This document shows positions 40,729-50,514 of a DNA stretch of 55,281 bases, in pieces. This stretch comes from an uncultured Gammaproteobacteria bacterium. Lineage in GTDB: Bacteria > Patescibacteriota > Microgenomatia > Daviesbacterales > UBA10151. Location of the stretch: NCBI GenBank assembly GCA_964645555.1, contig CAZYBP010000002.1:1-55281 (forward strand), written 5' to 3'. A program made the position numbers and the translations under genes. Each line of letters opens with the position of its first letter. Positions within the stretch are counted from its first letter, which is position 1. The notes beneath the pieces are model-generated. The model was not told where the DNA came from, did not search any database, and was given only the letters and a program-made list of their open reading frames with translations.

Positions 40729-42197
40729 CGTTCCGGATCCTTCGGGCTCAGCGGGGTTTTAATTGTCCGCAAATCGGCAAGCACATACTTTGAGTTATCT
40801 TCCATTATCAGAAAATGGCGCAAAACCCAATTTGTCTTATCATCACGCACTGTAGATACAAAATAGCTCACTCCAAAGTCCGAAACTAACTCAGGCAGGG
40901 GGAGCGGTACAAACGGGAAGCCCGGTCTGTTTGTTTGATACAAAAAAGCAGTATCTCCGTTATATGGAGCAACTATTAAAGCGTCTTCCGGCAATATCCG
41001 GTCAGCTACCTTACCTACCTCTGCTATTACCGGGTTATTTATTTTATAAAACTCTTTTACCTGCATCCAGCCAAAGTAAAATGACAGAGGCAATAAAATA
41101 ACCGCAGCCGCAATAGTCCAAAACCTGGGCAAGAAATCACGGCTCCCCCTTATTAAATACAAAAATCCCCGGGTAAAAAAGACTGCCAAAACCGGTACCA
41201 AAATATACTGGTAATAATTATGTCTGACATTGCCTGTTGCAAAAATTGTCAGGTATGAAAACAACGATAGCATCCATACATGAAAAAAATAGTTTCCATT
41301 TTTCGGTTTAACAACTAGCCCGATAATAAATAATACCAATCCTGTAGCTCCCAGTATTTCCCGGCCCAACCTTTCTGAAACTAACCACCACCAAAATGCC
41401 GGCCTGAAACGGATATTGTCACTGTTTAAAAGCCAACTTGAAGCAGGAATCCCCTCGGGTTGCTGCAAAATCCAAAGTCTCCAGAAAATAAAAGGAAGCA
41501 GTGAAAAAACAGCGAAGAAAAAGAATTTTTTAGGAATTCTTCGTATCCCGAACCTGACAATCAGTGAATAGATCAAAGGAGGAGTAAAAAATATTGCCCA
41601 AGGCTTTGCTAAAAAGGCCATCGCTGTAAAGATAACCCCCAAAATACCCCAGGCTAATCTGCCTTCCCAAATCCACTTGTCAACAAAATACATCATGCCC
41701 AAAGCAAAGAAAAGAAAGGTTGGCTCAGGTAGTGTCGTTCTTGAAAAAAAGATATTAAACGGTAAAAGCGAATAGAATAAAGCAATAAGTAAAGAGGTTC
41801 CAGCTCCTGAATACCTTTTACAAATCAAGTATAAAAAAATTATACTTCCTAGTGAAAATAAAACAGAAACTAAACGCGAATATTTATCTGCTATGCCAAA
41901 AAACAAATATAAAGGCAGGGTAGCAATATTATAAATTGGAAATTCAACAAAACGGAAACGGTTAGGATTTGGTATGGGATGCTCGGAAATCCCCGACATA
42001 TCATCAAATTTAGGGTAGAAAGGATTTAAACCCTCTTTAATAAAGTTTCTGGTGACTGCTGCAGTGTCTGCCTGTCTCCAGGAATGCCAATCAGCTATAG
42101 GTGAATCAATTTTGTAAGCCCTTACCAAAAAAGCTATAATCAAAATCACCCCTAATAAAAAATATTGATTAGAAAAAAATTTAAATCCTTTTAACAT
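40725..42197 (-). CDS. GT-C fold membrane glycosyltransferase (GT39/ArnT-PMT_2-like)
   Basis: About 490 aa and multi-TM, with ADWHSWRQADTAAVTRNF in the first external loop. The start is set at the ATG at 42197, which forms an ATGA overlap with the upstream stop. Confidence 0.65.
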   Translation of the reverse strand: MLKGFKFFSNQYFLLGVILIIAFLVRAYKIDSPIADWHSWRQADTAAVTRNFIKEGLNPFYPKFDDMSGISEHPIPNPNRFRFVEFPIYNIATLPLYLFFGIADKYSRLVSVLFSLGSIIFLYLICKRYSGAGTSLLIALFYSLLPFNIFFSRTTLPEPTFLFFALGMMYFVDKWIWEGRLAWGILGVIFTAMAFLAKPWAIFFTPPLIYSLIVRFGIRRIPKKFFFFAVFSLLPFIFWRLWILQQPEGIPASSWLLNSDNIRFRPAFWWWLVSERLGREILGATGLVLFIIGLVVKPKNGNYFFHVWMLSLFSYLTIFATGNVRHNYYQYILVPVLAVFFTRGFLYLIRGSRDFLPRFWTIAAAVILLPLSFYFGWMQVKEFYKINNPVIAEVGKVADRILPEDALIVAPYNGDTAFLYQTNRPGFPFVPLPLPELVSDFGVSYFVSTVRDDKTNWVLRHFLIMEDNSKYVLADLRTIKTPLSPKDPER

Positions 42198-43618
42198 CAA
42201 GATTCCTTGAAATTGAAAGCAGCCAAATTTAACCCCAGTATCATCCAAAATAATGATGCTACCTTTGATGCTTCAAAAACATCAATGAATAAACTATTTA
42301 ATAAGAAAGCCAGTATTATAGACAAAACACCTGCTGAAAAAAATTTTATATATCTTTCACTGTTTTTAAACAAAAACCATATTCTCTTTGCAATAGCAAT
42401 AAGGAGTAGTATAAATGCCAAAGTCCCCATCAAACCCACTTCCCCCAGTGAACGCAGTACATCATTATCTGTAGCAATACCCAAAGACGAATAACCTGTT
42501 CCAAGTAAGGGATTTTTCTGGAAGGCCGCAATAGCCCTTGGCCATTCTATATTTAATCTTATGGAAAAGGATCTGTATACACCCAGCTCCGTCGTGTCCA
42601 CCGGTTCACCGGGAGTGATATCGGAAGGTAAGCCTGAACCTGTAGCAAAAGTGGAGGTTTGGGCAGAAGTGCTTGATGTCTTAACAGCAAGCGTTGGAAT
42701 ATTTAGCCTGCTTCTTATTTTCTGATCCTCTGTCTTACCCTGATAACTTTGCCATTTTTGCAATATATTAACATTAACTGTTGAAATAAACCGGTCCCTC
42801 AAATTTGAAGGATAGATTAGGATCAAAGTTAAAACAATAGCTAAAAGTAGTAAAAATTTCTTTTTACCGGTTAGAAGAAGTGACAGTATAATTCCAAAGA
42901 TTGCTGCTACAAATGAAACTCTTGCTGATGTCATAACCAGAGTAATAGAAGACATAACCCCCAAAATTACAATCCAAAGCTTGAATTTTTTTCTGACTGC
43001 AAAAAACAACGGCACCATCAAACAAAAAGCCATTGTTAAAAAAGCTGCAAAGTCATAATGTCCTGCAAAAGTAGCATTGACTCTGGCCTCAGGGGTCAGT
43101 CTGAGTATTAATCCTTTTGCAAATTCAGAATTGGTAGTAGATATAACGGGCCAGTCTAAATATTGCTGCCCAAAAGCAAATATATTTGTTGAGACTAATA
43201 CCAAAGAAAGCACAATTAAACTTAAAGAAAGTTGTTTTTTTGTCTTAACAACGGAGGCCACTATCGGCAAAAGCATGATAAATTCCAGCCTGCGTAAATA
43301 ATGGAATAATCCTAAATTAGGACTAACCGTATGAGTTAAAAAAACTGCGGAGAAAAGTGACAAAAACCCAATGCTCAAAAAAAGTATTAGTACCTGATTA
43401 ATCCTAGTGGAAAAAAAATCCTTTATTTTGCCGGAAATTAACAGGTTGATTGACCAAATAGCGGTTACTAAAGCTATCAATAAATCTTCCACTCTTATGG
43501 CAACAAAAGTTCCGCTAACATTAAAAAGCGGAAACTTGGGATAAAGGGGGATAAAGGCAAAAAGAAAAAGTATCGGCCAGAAAAGTAGCAAATTAATTTT
43601 CGATGCGATATGTTTCAT
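42197..43618 (-). CDS. O-antigen ligase/polymerase family (Wzy_C-like) membrane protein
   Basis: 473 aa and multi-TM, with VMTSARVSFVAAIFGIILS and NPLLGTGYSSLG motifs plus a Ser/Thr-rich external loop. Confidence 0.6.
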   Translation of the reverse strand: MKHIASKINLLLFWPILFLFAFIPLYPKFPLFNVSGTFVAIRVEDLLIALVTAIWSINLLISGKIKDFFSTRINQVLILFLSIGFLSLFSAVFLTHTVSPNLGLFHYLRRLEFIMLLPIVASVVKTKKQLSLSLIVLSLVLVSTNIFAFGQQYLDWPVISTTNSEFAKGLILRLTPEARVNATFAGHYDFAAFLTMAFCLMVPLFFAVRKKFKLWIVILGVMSSITLVMTSARVSFVAAIFGIILSLLLTGKKKFLLLLAIVLTLILIYPSNLRDRFISTVNVNILQKWQSYQGKTEDQKIRSRLNIPTLAVKTSSTSAQTSTFATGSGLPSDITPGEPVDTTELGVYRSFSIRLNIEWPRAIAAFQKNPLLGTGYSSLGIATDNDVLRSLGEVGLMGTLAFILLLIAIAKRIWFLFKNSERYIKFFSAGVLSIILAFLLNSLFIDVFEASKVASLFWMILGLNLAAFNFKES

Positions 43619-44163
43619 TAGTCTGCTATCACCTTCCGGCCTAATTTAAACAAAAATATCGTTCCTATTACTATCCCAAGCCAAACAATAAACCTTACCC
43701 AAACAGGAGAGGGGTAGAAACGCAAAGTAACCTTGGTTTCCCACTCGTGACCAAAGGTTATAAACTTAGCAGCCCCCCAATACCTAGGAGTACCATCAGA
43801 GTAAAAAGGCTCAAAACCATTAATATACAGAGAATCGCGCAAAGGGTACACCAGTTCCTCTAGATAGGTTGAATCCGTATGCTTTTTTATCACATTCCAG
43901 GAAAATTCCGGAGGATAGTTTATCCTCAAAGGCGAAAATGGGAAAAAGCTTTTTTCTAAATAGTTCAGTTTATAAAAAGGGATTACAAACTCTCTGTAGT
44001 TGTCGGAGAAATACCCGGCAACATCAGGAATCTGCCAAGTATCTCCGGCCAAATCTGATTTATCTGAATTAGGCAAAGCCTTAAAATCCGAGATGCTTTG
44101 AGGGCCCGGCCAAAGCATGTAAATAAGAAGTAGTACTGAAAAAATGATGAAAATTTTTTTCAT
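43618..44163 (-). CDS. Bitopic membrane protein, unknown function
   Basis: 181 aa with an N-terminal signal/anchor and a C-terminal TM helix (FIVWLGIVIGTIFLF), and an aromatic-rich external domain. It is translationally coupled on both sides. Confidence 0.5.
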   Translation of the reverse strand: MKKIFIIFSVLLLIYMLWPGPQSISDFKALPNSDKSDLAGDTWQIPDVAGYFSDNYREFVIPFYKLNYLEKSFFPFSPLRINYPPEFSWNVIKKHTDSTYLEELVYPLRDSLYINGFEPFYSDGTPRYWGAAKFITFGHEWETKVTLRFYPSPVWVRFIVWLGIVIGTIFLFKLGRKVIAD

Positions 44164-44843
44164 TGAAACAGCCTGGCCCTACCCAACCTGTAATGCAAAT
44201 CTTTAACTTTTCTCTCCCCTATTACTGATGCCGGTACTCCGCCCACTATCATATAATCCTGCACGTCTTTGGTTACCACTGCCCCGGCCGCGATCACCGC
44301 TCCCCTGCCAACTTTAACACCCGGTAAGATTATAACCCTTGGACCGATGAAAACATAATCCCCAATCTCACACGGTGCGCTGATAGCATGAAAATCTTCG
44401 GAATTTATATCATGCTCTGAATTTAAAATCATAACATCTGAGGCAATATCTACATGATCTCCTATTATTAACTTATCTCTTCCATCCAAAAAAACATCAT
44501 GACCAATTATTGAACCACACCCAATTTTGACATTAGCCGGATAAAAGAACTGAGCACCCATATGAATATATGATCCCTTTCCTATCTTTACACCAGCGGC
44601 AATGTATATTAAAGACCTTACTAAGAAAAAAGGTATTAAACCTGCAATTCTCACTATTAAGAGTTCTAGGTCTAAAATATAGTTAAACATTCTGTTAAAA
44701 ATCTTTTTTAAAGCATTCGTGAGTGTAAGTTTTCTGCCCATTTTATCTTTAAAGGTTAAATAGGGTAGGCCGTTATTTGTTCTTATTCCAATGTGTTCTA
44801 AAAACAGCATACTAGTATCAAGTATACCATCAAAGCATCTCAA
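44160..44843 (-). CDS. Hexapeptide-repeat (LbH) acetyltransferase with N-terminal membrane segment
   Basis: IGDHVDIASDVMILN...IGDYVFIGPRVIILPGVKVGRGAVIAAGAVVTKDV are left-handed beta-helix hexapeptide repeats, as in WcaF/maltose O-acetyltransferases. An alternative ATG lies at 44810. Confidence 0.75.
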   Translation of the reverse strand: MRCFDGILDTSMLFLEHIGIRTNNGLPYLTFKDKMGRKLTLTNALKKIFNRMFNYILDLELLIVRIAGLIPFFLVRSLIYIAAGVKIGKGSYIHMGAQFFYPANVKIGCGSIIGHDVFLDGRDKLIIGDHVDIASDVMILNSEHDINSEDFHAISAPCEIGDYVFIGPRVIILPGVKVGRGAVIAAGAVVTKDVQDYMIVGGVPASVIGERKVKDLHYRLGRARLFQ

Positions 44844-45951
44844 AAACCTTTAAAACAATCTTGGCCATTTTGTTCCAAGAAAATTTTTTAGCTTGCTTAG
44901 GACCTAACTTGGCAAGTTTCATCCTCAGCTTTTTATCATTAACAATTAGCCTAATTGCCTGCTCCATCTGATCTTGCGAATAAGGATCAAAAAGCAATCC
45001 TGCCTCCCCTATTACTTCAGGTAAAGAGGAAACATTGGAAACAAGAACCGGTACACCACAGGCCATTGCTTCAACAACAGGAATACCAAACCCTTCCCAA
45101 AGCGAAGGTTGGATTAAGGCTAAAGATCCTTTAAGAAGTAGTAGCAATTGTTCGGTTTCAACAAATCCGGTAAATACTACCCGGTCTTCAATCCCCAAAA
45201 TCTTTGGTCTTTCCAAAATATCCTTATACATCCAACCCTCCCTGCCTTCTCCTGAGCTTTTTCCAACTATCACTAACTTCAAACCATCAATTTTAGCGAC
45301 CACATCAATCAGTCTCAGGAGATTTTTCCTTGGCTGCAGTGTACCTATATATATAATGTAGTTATCACCTGTTTTATATTTCCTCTTAATCTCATTAATT
45401 CTTAACTCTGAACTGTTAACTTTGAACTCTTTTTGATTGTACCCGGGATACACCACGGTAATCCGATTGTCATCTACTCCATAGTTTTCAATAATGTCTT
45501 TTTTGGAAAAATTGGAAATAGTAATAATATGGTCAGCATTTTTAATAGAAAAGTCCGTCCAATTCTTAAGTTTCCAAAGATCTGCTTTTGTAAACATTTC
45601 CTGAAAGTGTAAAAAGGATAAATCAAATACCGTTACAACCTTTTTAACTCCGGCAGGAACAAATCTTGGCAGATAATGGGTGGGGGAAAAAAATAAATCG
45701 GGTTTTGGTTTAGCGGCATATAAATAAAGCGGCAGGGCGATTTGCGTCCAAAGCCTTTTGGGTTTTAGGATTTTATATCTAAAGCCCTCTCTTGCCTTGG
45801 GTAAATCCTCCAGCGGGGGAGAGGGCAATGAAATTGTATATTCATTTATCTTATCTATTTGCTCCAAATTTTTCAGCAGCTCAAAAGCTACTTGGGAAGA
45901 ACCAAGCCTTTGTCTGACATTTGCCTCATACCCATCGATCCAAATTTTCAT
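44830..45951 (-). CDS. GT4 family glycosyltransferase
   Basis: EGFGIPVVEAMACGVPVLVSNVSSLPEV motif. It is a paralogue of 38422-39540. Confidence 0.85.
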   Translation of the reverse strand: MKIWIDGYEANVRQRLGSSQVAFELLKNLEQIDKINEYTISLPSPPLEDLPKAREGFRYKILKPKRLWTQIALPLYLYAAKPKPDLFFSPTHYLPRFVPAGVKKVVTVFDLSFLHFQEMFTKADLWKLKNWTDFSIKNADHIITISNFSKKDIIENYGVDDNRITVVYPGYNQKEFKVNSSELRINEIKRKYKTGDNYIIYIGTLQPRKNLLRLIDVVAKIDGLKLVIVGKSSGEGREGWMYKDILERPKILGIEDRVVFTGFVETEQLLLLLKGSLALIQPSLWEGFGIPVVEAMACGVPVLVSNVSSLPEVIGEAGLLFDPYSQDQMEQAIRLIVNDKKLRMKLAKLGPKQAKKFSWNKMAKIVLKVFEML

Positions 45952-46580
45952 ATTCTTTTATATTTTACTCCATTAATTAATCTTAAGACACCAAAAGTAC
46001 TGATTATTATAAGGGGCAAATACATATTTATTGCTTTTAAAACATTGGGTGGCTGGAAATCCAAAGCTGGAATAACAGGTGCTGCCAGTAACCAGATTAA
46101 TATTGACTCCCAGCCTCTTGGTGAAGTAATTATAATCCGGAATCCTAATATTAAAAATAAAGCATCAAATAAATACAAAAAATTGCCGTTTACAAAAAGA
46201 AAATCCCCCCTAAAATAATCAAAGTAATGGCTTAAATAAGAAAGGGAATAATTAACAACCTTATTATGCATGATTAAAACTTCTAAATTATCATAGTTTA
46301 CCCCATGCTCTCTCCTTTGCTCATCGACAAGCCAAATTGGAACAGGATTTCCCCGGATGCCAAGCTCAAGAGGGTTAAACAAGTTTGCCGATATTATTAA
46401 AAGAAAGATTGCAGGAAAAAGCCAGGCTGTTTTTTTAACTTTTTTCTGTATTAATATAATCCCCAAAGATGTTATCAGTAGTGGTATAAGGATTTTCCAG
46501 TCTTTGACGCTGAAATTAAGAAACAATAAAACCCTAAGGGTAACAATTATGATCAAAGCAATTAATATTTTCTTGCTCAT
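45948..46580 (-). CDS. Polytopic membrane protein, unknown function
   Basis: 210 aa with about 5 hydrophobic segments. It has 4-nt overlaps with both neighbouring genes. Confidence 0.5.
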   Translation of the reverse strand: MSKKILIALIIIVTLRVLLFLNFSVKDWKILIPLLITSLGIILIQKKVKKTAWLFPAIFLLIISANLFNPLELGIRGNPVPIWLVDEQRREHGVNYDNLEVLIMHNKVVNYSLSYLSHYFDYFRGDFLFVNGNFLYLFDALFLILGFRIIITSPRGWESILIWLLAAPVIPALDFQPPNVLKAINMYLPLIIISTFGVLRLINGVKYKRI

Positions 46581-48157
46581 ATAGTTTCTATCTCCGCAGA
46601 AGACTCTATTATTTTAAACAAAGAAAAACCGTTTAAGTCTTTAATCTCATCTACCAATTTATAATTGGAATAATATTTTGACTGCTGATTCAGTTTGTAT
46701 ACCGGCATGATATACAAAACGCCGGGCATAGGTTTTTTGACCGACCAATCAATATCTAAAAATTCAATATTATCCAACCTTGAAACCAACCCCATATCTT
46801 TACCTTCTTTATTTGGTACAAAAACCTCTTTTACAATCCTTTGATATTTTCCGGGGTCATATTTTTGGTAAAAAAGGAAGAAAATATAGGGATGCTCGTA
46901 GCTTTGTTGAACTAAAATTTGCGGATATTGAGACTTTAAGTTAGCGACTTTTTCTACAATTTGTTTATAGCCGTATTGCCAGGCATCATTCTTTTTCGGC
47001 CCATGCACAAAATATTGGTCTAAAAAATATAGATAATTTAAAGAATAGATAAATATTAAAGTTGAAAGTAAAACATTTGTAAATCCTTTTTTAAAACTTT
47101 CCAAAATTTTCTCCAGTCCTATTGCCATCAGGATAATCAACGGCATAAAAACAGGAAGTATTCTTTCAAAATTTACCTTTTCAATAGTGAGGACAGAAGG
47201 TAAAGATAAAAGCAGTAATCCTAAGAAAATAAACAATTTTTGATTCTTTGTTCCCGTTCTTACAAGTATAATAATTCCTACTATCAATGGGACTATATCT
47301 AAAAGCAAAAAGGGGCCGGTATTGGGGGCAGTATGCTGAGGGTTAGTGTCACCGCTAATAAAAAGTGAACTGGGAGCATAAGCAGAAAACCATCTGTTTA
47401 GTATTGACTGAAAAAGGGGATAACCGCTTTGATATGAAAATATACTGAGAGTTGTGAGTCTTGTAATTTGGCCTCCAAAAACAGTTAGTAGTACCGGGAT
47501 AGCAAACACCGCGCCTGTCAAAACAGATAATAAAATTAGTTTAGTGTTTATTTTCCGTAGTTTACTTAAAAAAGAAGCAGATAAAATCATTACAAAAATA
47601 GGGGTCGAGAGCTTTGCTGTATGAGAAGTTAGCAAAGTTAATCCAAAAAATAAGGCAGACAGTATAAGTAAGCTGCCTTTTCCGGAAATTGCTTTTAGGA
47701 AAAAATAGATTCCTGCAAGTGTTAAAGTCAAAGATACATTTACTTCCCAAGCCCCTCTGGAAAAAGCTATATTAATCGGAGAAACAGCAATTAAAAAAGC
47801 GGATATTAAAGCTAATCTATCTTTGGCAAAGAGTAACTTTACGATTTCATATATTAACCAAACCGATATCACACCGGCAAGCGCTGAAGGCAGTCTCACT
47901 GCAAACTCATTTAACCCTAAGGCAGCAACAAACGGCATTATCAGATATATATAAAGACCCATCTTGAAATCACCAAACGACTGGAAAACAAACGGCAGAA
48001 ATTGCCCATGTTCATCTTTGCCTGTTTGTAATATTGAGTAAGCGTTATAGCCCAGTGCAGCTTCATCATTCCTTAAATGAGGAGGGATAGTCCCTAAATT
48101 CCATAGTCTTAGGACAACTGATACAAGTAAGATTAAAAAAAGAATTTTAGAGTACAT
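46577..48157 (-). CDS. GT-C fold membrane glycosyltransferase (GT39/ArnT-PMT_2-like)
   Basis: 526 aa. LRLWNLGTIPPHLRNDEAALGYNAYSIL carries the DE motif in the first external loop. A multi-TM N-terminal half is followed by a soluble C-terminal domain. Confidence 0.75.
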   Translation of the reverse strand: MYSKILFLILLVSVVLRLWNLGTIPPHLRNDEAALGYNAYSILQTGKDEHGQFLPFVFQSFGDFKMGLYIYLIMPFVAALGLNEFAVRLPSALAGVISVWLIYEIVKLLFAKDRLALISAFLIAVSPINIAFSRGAWEVNVSLTLTLAGIYFFLKAISGKGSLLILSALFFGLTLLTSHTAKLSTPIFVMILSASFLSKLRKINTKLILLSVLTGAVFAIPVLLTVFGGQITRLTTLSIFSYQSGYPLFQSILNRWFSAYAPSSLFISGDTNPQHTAPNTGPFLLLDIVPLIVGIIILVRTGTKNQKLFIFLGLLLLSLPSVLTIEKVNFERILPVFMPLIILMAIGLEKILESFKKGFTNVLLSTLIFIYSLNYLYFLDQYFVHGPKKNDAWQYGYKQIVEKVANLKSQYPQILVQQSYEHPYIFFLFYQKYDPGKYQRIVKEVFVPNKEGKDMGLVSRLDNIEFLDIDWSVKKPMPGVLYIMPVYKLNQQSKYYSNYKLVDEIKDLNGFSLFKIIESSAEIETI

Positions 48158-49169
48158 TTCGGTAAACTTGGGCTGTTTGGCTGGCTGCTTTTTCCCAGGA
48201 AAACTTTTTAACCTGAATGAGTCCCTTTTTAATCAGTTCTTCCCTTAATATTTTATCTTCCATAACCATCCTAATTTTCTTTTTTAAACCATCAACATCT
48301 AAAGGATTAACTAAAATTGCAGCATCCCCTGCTACCTCCGGCATAGAAGATACGTTGGAGGTAACAACAGCTGTTTGACAAGCAAAGCTGTCAAGAATCG
48401 GTAATCCGAATCCCTCATACAAAGATGTATAAACTAAAACAGTGGCTCCGCTATATAATAATTCCAACTCCGGAGTAGAAAGATAGGGAATCGTCTGACC
48501 GGTTATAACCAAATTGTAATCTTTACAAGCCTCCTTTATCCTATCTAAATTCCTCCTCTTTCCTATTCCGCCGATTGCCAGAATATATTTTTGGGGCAGA
48601 TTATATTTTTCCCTAAATTCCGCTATTTTAGCTTCCGTTTGCTTGTTAAAATCTGCTGTCGGCCCCTCATAGATAACCGTAATTTTGTTTGATGGAATAT
48701 TAGAAACTTCTATTAAGTCTTTCTTGGTTGACTCAGATACCGCAATAACTTGATCTATCTCCTTTTCTACTATCTTGAGCCGCCTTTTATGAACGGAGAT
48801 TATTTTTGGATGAGACCAATCAGGATATTTTAAAGGAACTACATCATGGTAAGTAGTCACTTTCTTAGCCTTTGCCGGAGGTTGTGTCCAGTCAGAACTA
48901 TGAAATATATCAACTTGACCGATAAATTTTTCAATACTAATGTTTCTTAATCTATTAAATAGTATTTCAAAAATTGAAGGCGGGATTTTAAAAGATTTAA
49001 CGTTTTCAAAATTGCCTTTATAGGCTTGCCTTAAGGACGAATAAAAGTAGGTCATCTCCAAATCAGGAATATCGCTCAGCCTGGCAGCCAAATTTTGAGT
49101 ATAAATGGCTACTCCTCCCGGGTGAGCCAGTTGTGAAATATCCATGCCAACAATAGTTTTTCTAGTCAT
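48147..49169 (-). CDS. GT4 family glycosyltransferase
   Basis: EGFGLPILDSFACQTAVVTSNVSSMPEV motif and FSWEKAASQT tail. Confidence 0.8.
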   Translation of the reverse strand: MTRKTIVGMDISQLAHPGGVAIYTQNLAARLSDIPDLEMTYFYSSLRQAYKGNFENVKSFKIPPSIFEILFNRLRNISIEKFIGQVDIFHSSDWTQPPAKAKKVTTYHDVVPLKYPDWSHPKIISVHKRRLKIVEKEIDQVIAVSESTKKDLIEVSNIPSNKITVIYEGPTADFNKQTEAKIAEFREKYNLPQKYILAIGGIGKRRNLDRIKEACKDYNLVITGQTIPYLSTPELELLYSGATVLVYTSLYEGFGLPILDSFACQTAVVTSNVSSMPEVAGDAAILVNPLDVDGLKKKIRMVMEDKILREELIKKGLIQVKKFSWEKAASQTAQVYRNVL

Positions 49170-50514
49170 TTTTCCTTAATATTTCCGCATCTCCCGCTTT
49201 ATCTATTCTCTCATAATTTTTGCTGATATATTCATCAATATCCTCTGCAAAATCAGTCAATTTATCTCCTTCAATTTCCAATGTTCTGTCAGCAACTATA
49301 ATTTCCGGTTTGTCTTTTTCAATACCGGCTAAAATCCGGTCTTTTGCTACTTGTAGAAACCAGGGGAACTGAAAGACGAAAATATCTCCTGCAGGCAAAG
49401 TATCAGACATCTGATAAAGATGTGGCTGTCCGCCGAATACAAATATTTTCTCCTGAGGCTTAGTATATTGCCTGATCTTGGCAGCCAGCAGCTTAGTATC
49501 CGCATCAAAGGCAATCACCCGGTCTCCTAAATGGCCTTTATAAAAAATAATCATCCACCAAACCATAATCACTCCATATAAACCTATTATCCCCAACCTT
49601 TCCAATCTCCCTGACATCCCCAATCCGTAAACCGTAGCCAAAACAGCAAACGGCAGCATTGGCTGAAAATGGATAAAATCGAACCTGGTAGTTAGTCCCG
49701 CTAATGTACCTATTAGAAAAATCGTCAATATTTGTACCTTTTCTAATTTTATCTTTCTGATTATCAAAAAGGATAAACCAAAAACCAATATTACCCTGGA
49801 AAAATGCGCTAAAGTTGGGCCTGCTCCCCTCCCGTACTGGGCATAAGTTGTCAGGTTAAAAACAACAGTCCAGTACCAAAAATCCCCAAGTACACCAATA
49901 CTCCAAAAATAGCTAACCATCAGGATAATTGGAAGTATTAATCCTCCTGAATACTTCAAGACACTTTTGAATTCTTTTTCCCGCCAAAAAATGTAAATCA
50001 ACACAATAATCGACAAAGGAATGAGTACCTGTTTAAAAACAATACCTATGCCAAGCAACAGTCCTGTTAAAAAGAACTTTTTTTTAATAAGGGCGTAAAA
50101 ACCAGGTAATAATATTAGGGGTAAAAATGAATCAATCCACAAAATCCAACCTTCAAAAAAAGGTTGCCAAACCAAATATAAAACGTTTACTGCCAAGGCT
50201 TTAGCCTTACTCTTTAAGATCTCGGAAGATATAACAAAAAGAAATATTTGGATTATAGTCACAATCGAAATTGACCAAATTCTGGCCACTTCGGCTGTAT
50301 TCATTCCCAGGTTATCCAAATTAATAGGCAAAAACATTAGTCCCGGAAAATGCTGATCAAGTATTTGAGAATACGGCTTAAGATTATTATTTGTTAAATA
50401 CGGATAAATAAAAAGTTCAGGGTATGGGAAAAATATCAATTTCGTCAATACAAAAGAATGCACCAGCAAAACAATACCCAGCAAAAGATATAATGATTTA
50501 CTCGTTTTTAACAT
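49162..50514 (-). CDS. Polytopic membrane protein, probable GT-C-like glycosyltransferase
   Basis: 450 aa with about 10 TM segments followed by a soluble C-terminal domain of about 110 aa. This architecture resembles the neighbouring GT-C genes, but no diagnostic motif was recognised. Confidence 0.45.
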   Translation of the reverse strand: MLKTSKSLYLLLGIVLLVHSFVLTKLIFFPYPELFIYPYLTNNNLKPYSQILDQHFPGLMFLPINLDNLGMNTAEVARIWSISIVTIIQIFLFVISSEILKSKAKALAVNVLYLVWQPFFEGWILWIDSFLPLILLPGFYALIKKKFFLTGLLLGIGIVFKQVLIPLSIIVLIYIFWREKEFKSVLKYSGGLILPIILMVSYFWSIGVLGDFWYWTVVFNLTTYAQYGRGAGPTLAHFSRVILVFGLSFLIIRKIKLEKVQILTIFLIGTLAGLTTRFDFIHFQPMLPFAVLATVYGLGMSGRLERLGIIGLYGVIMVWWMIIFYKGHLGDRVIAFDADTKLLAAKIRQYTKPQEKIFVFGGQPHLYQMSDTLPAGDIFVFQFPWFLQVAKDRILAGIEKDKPEIIVADRTLEIEGDKLTDFAEDIDEYISKNYERIDKAGDAEILRKND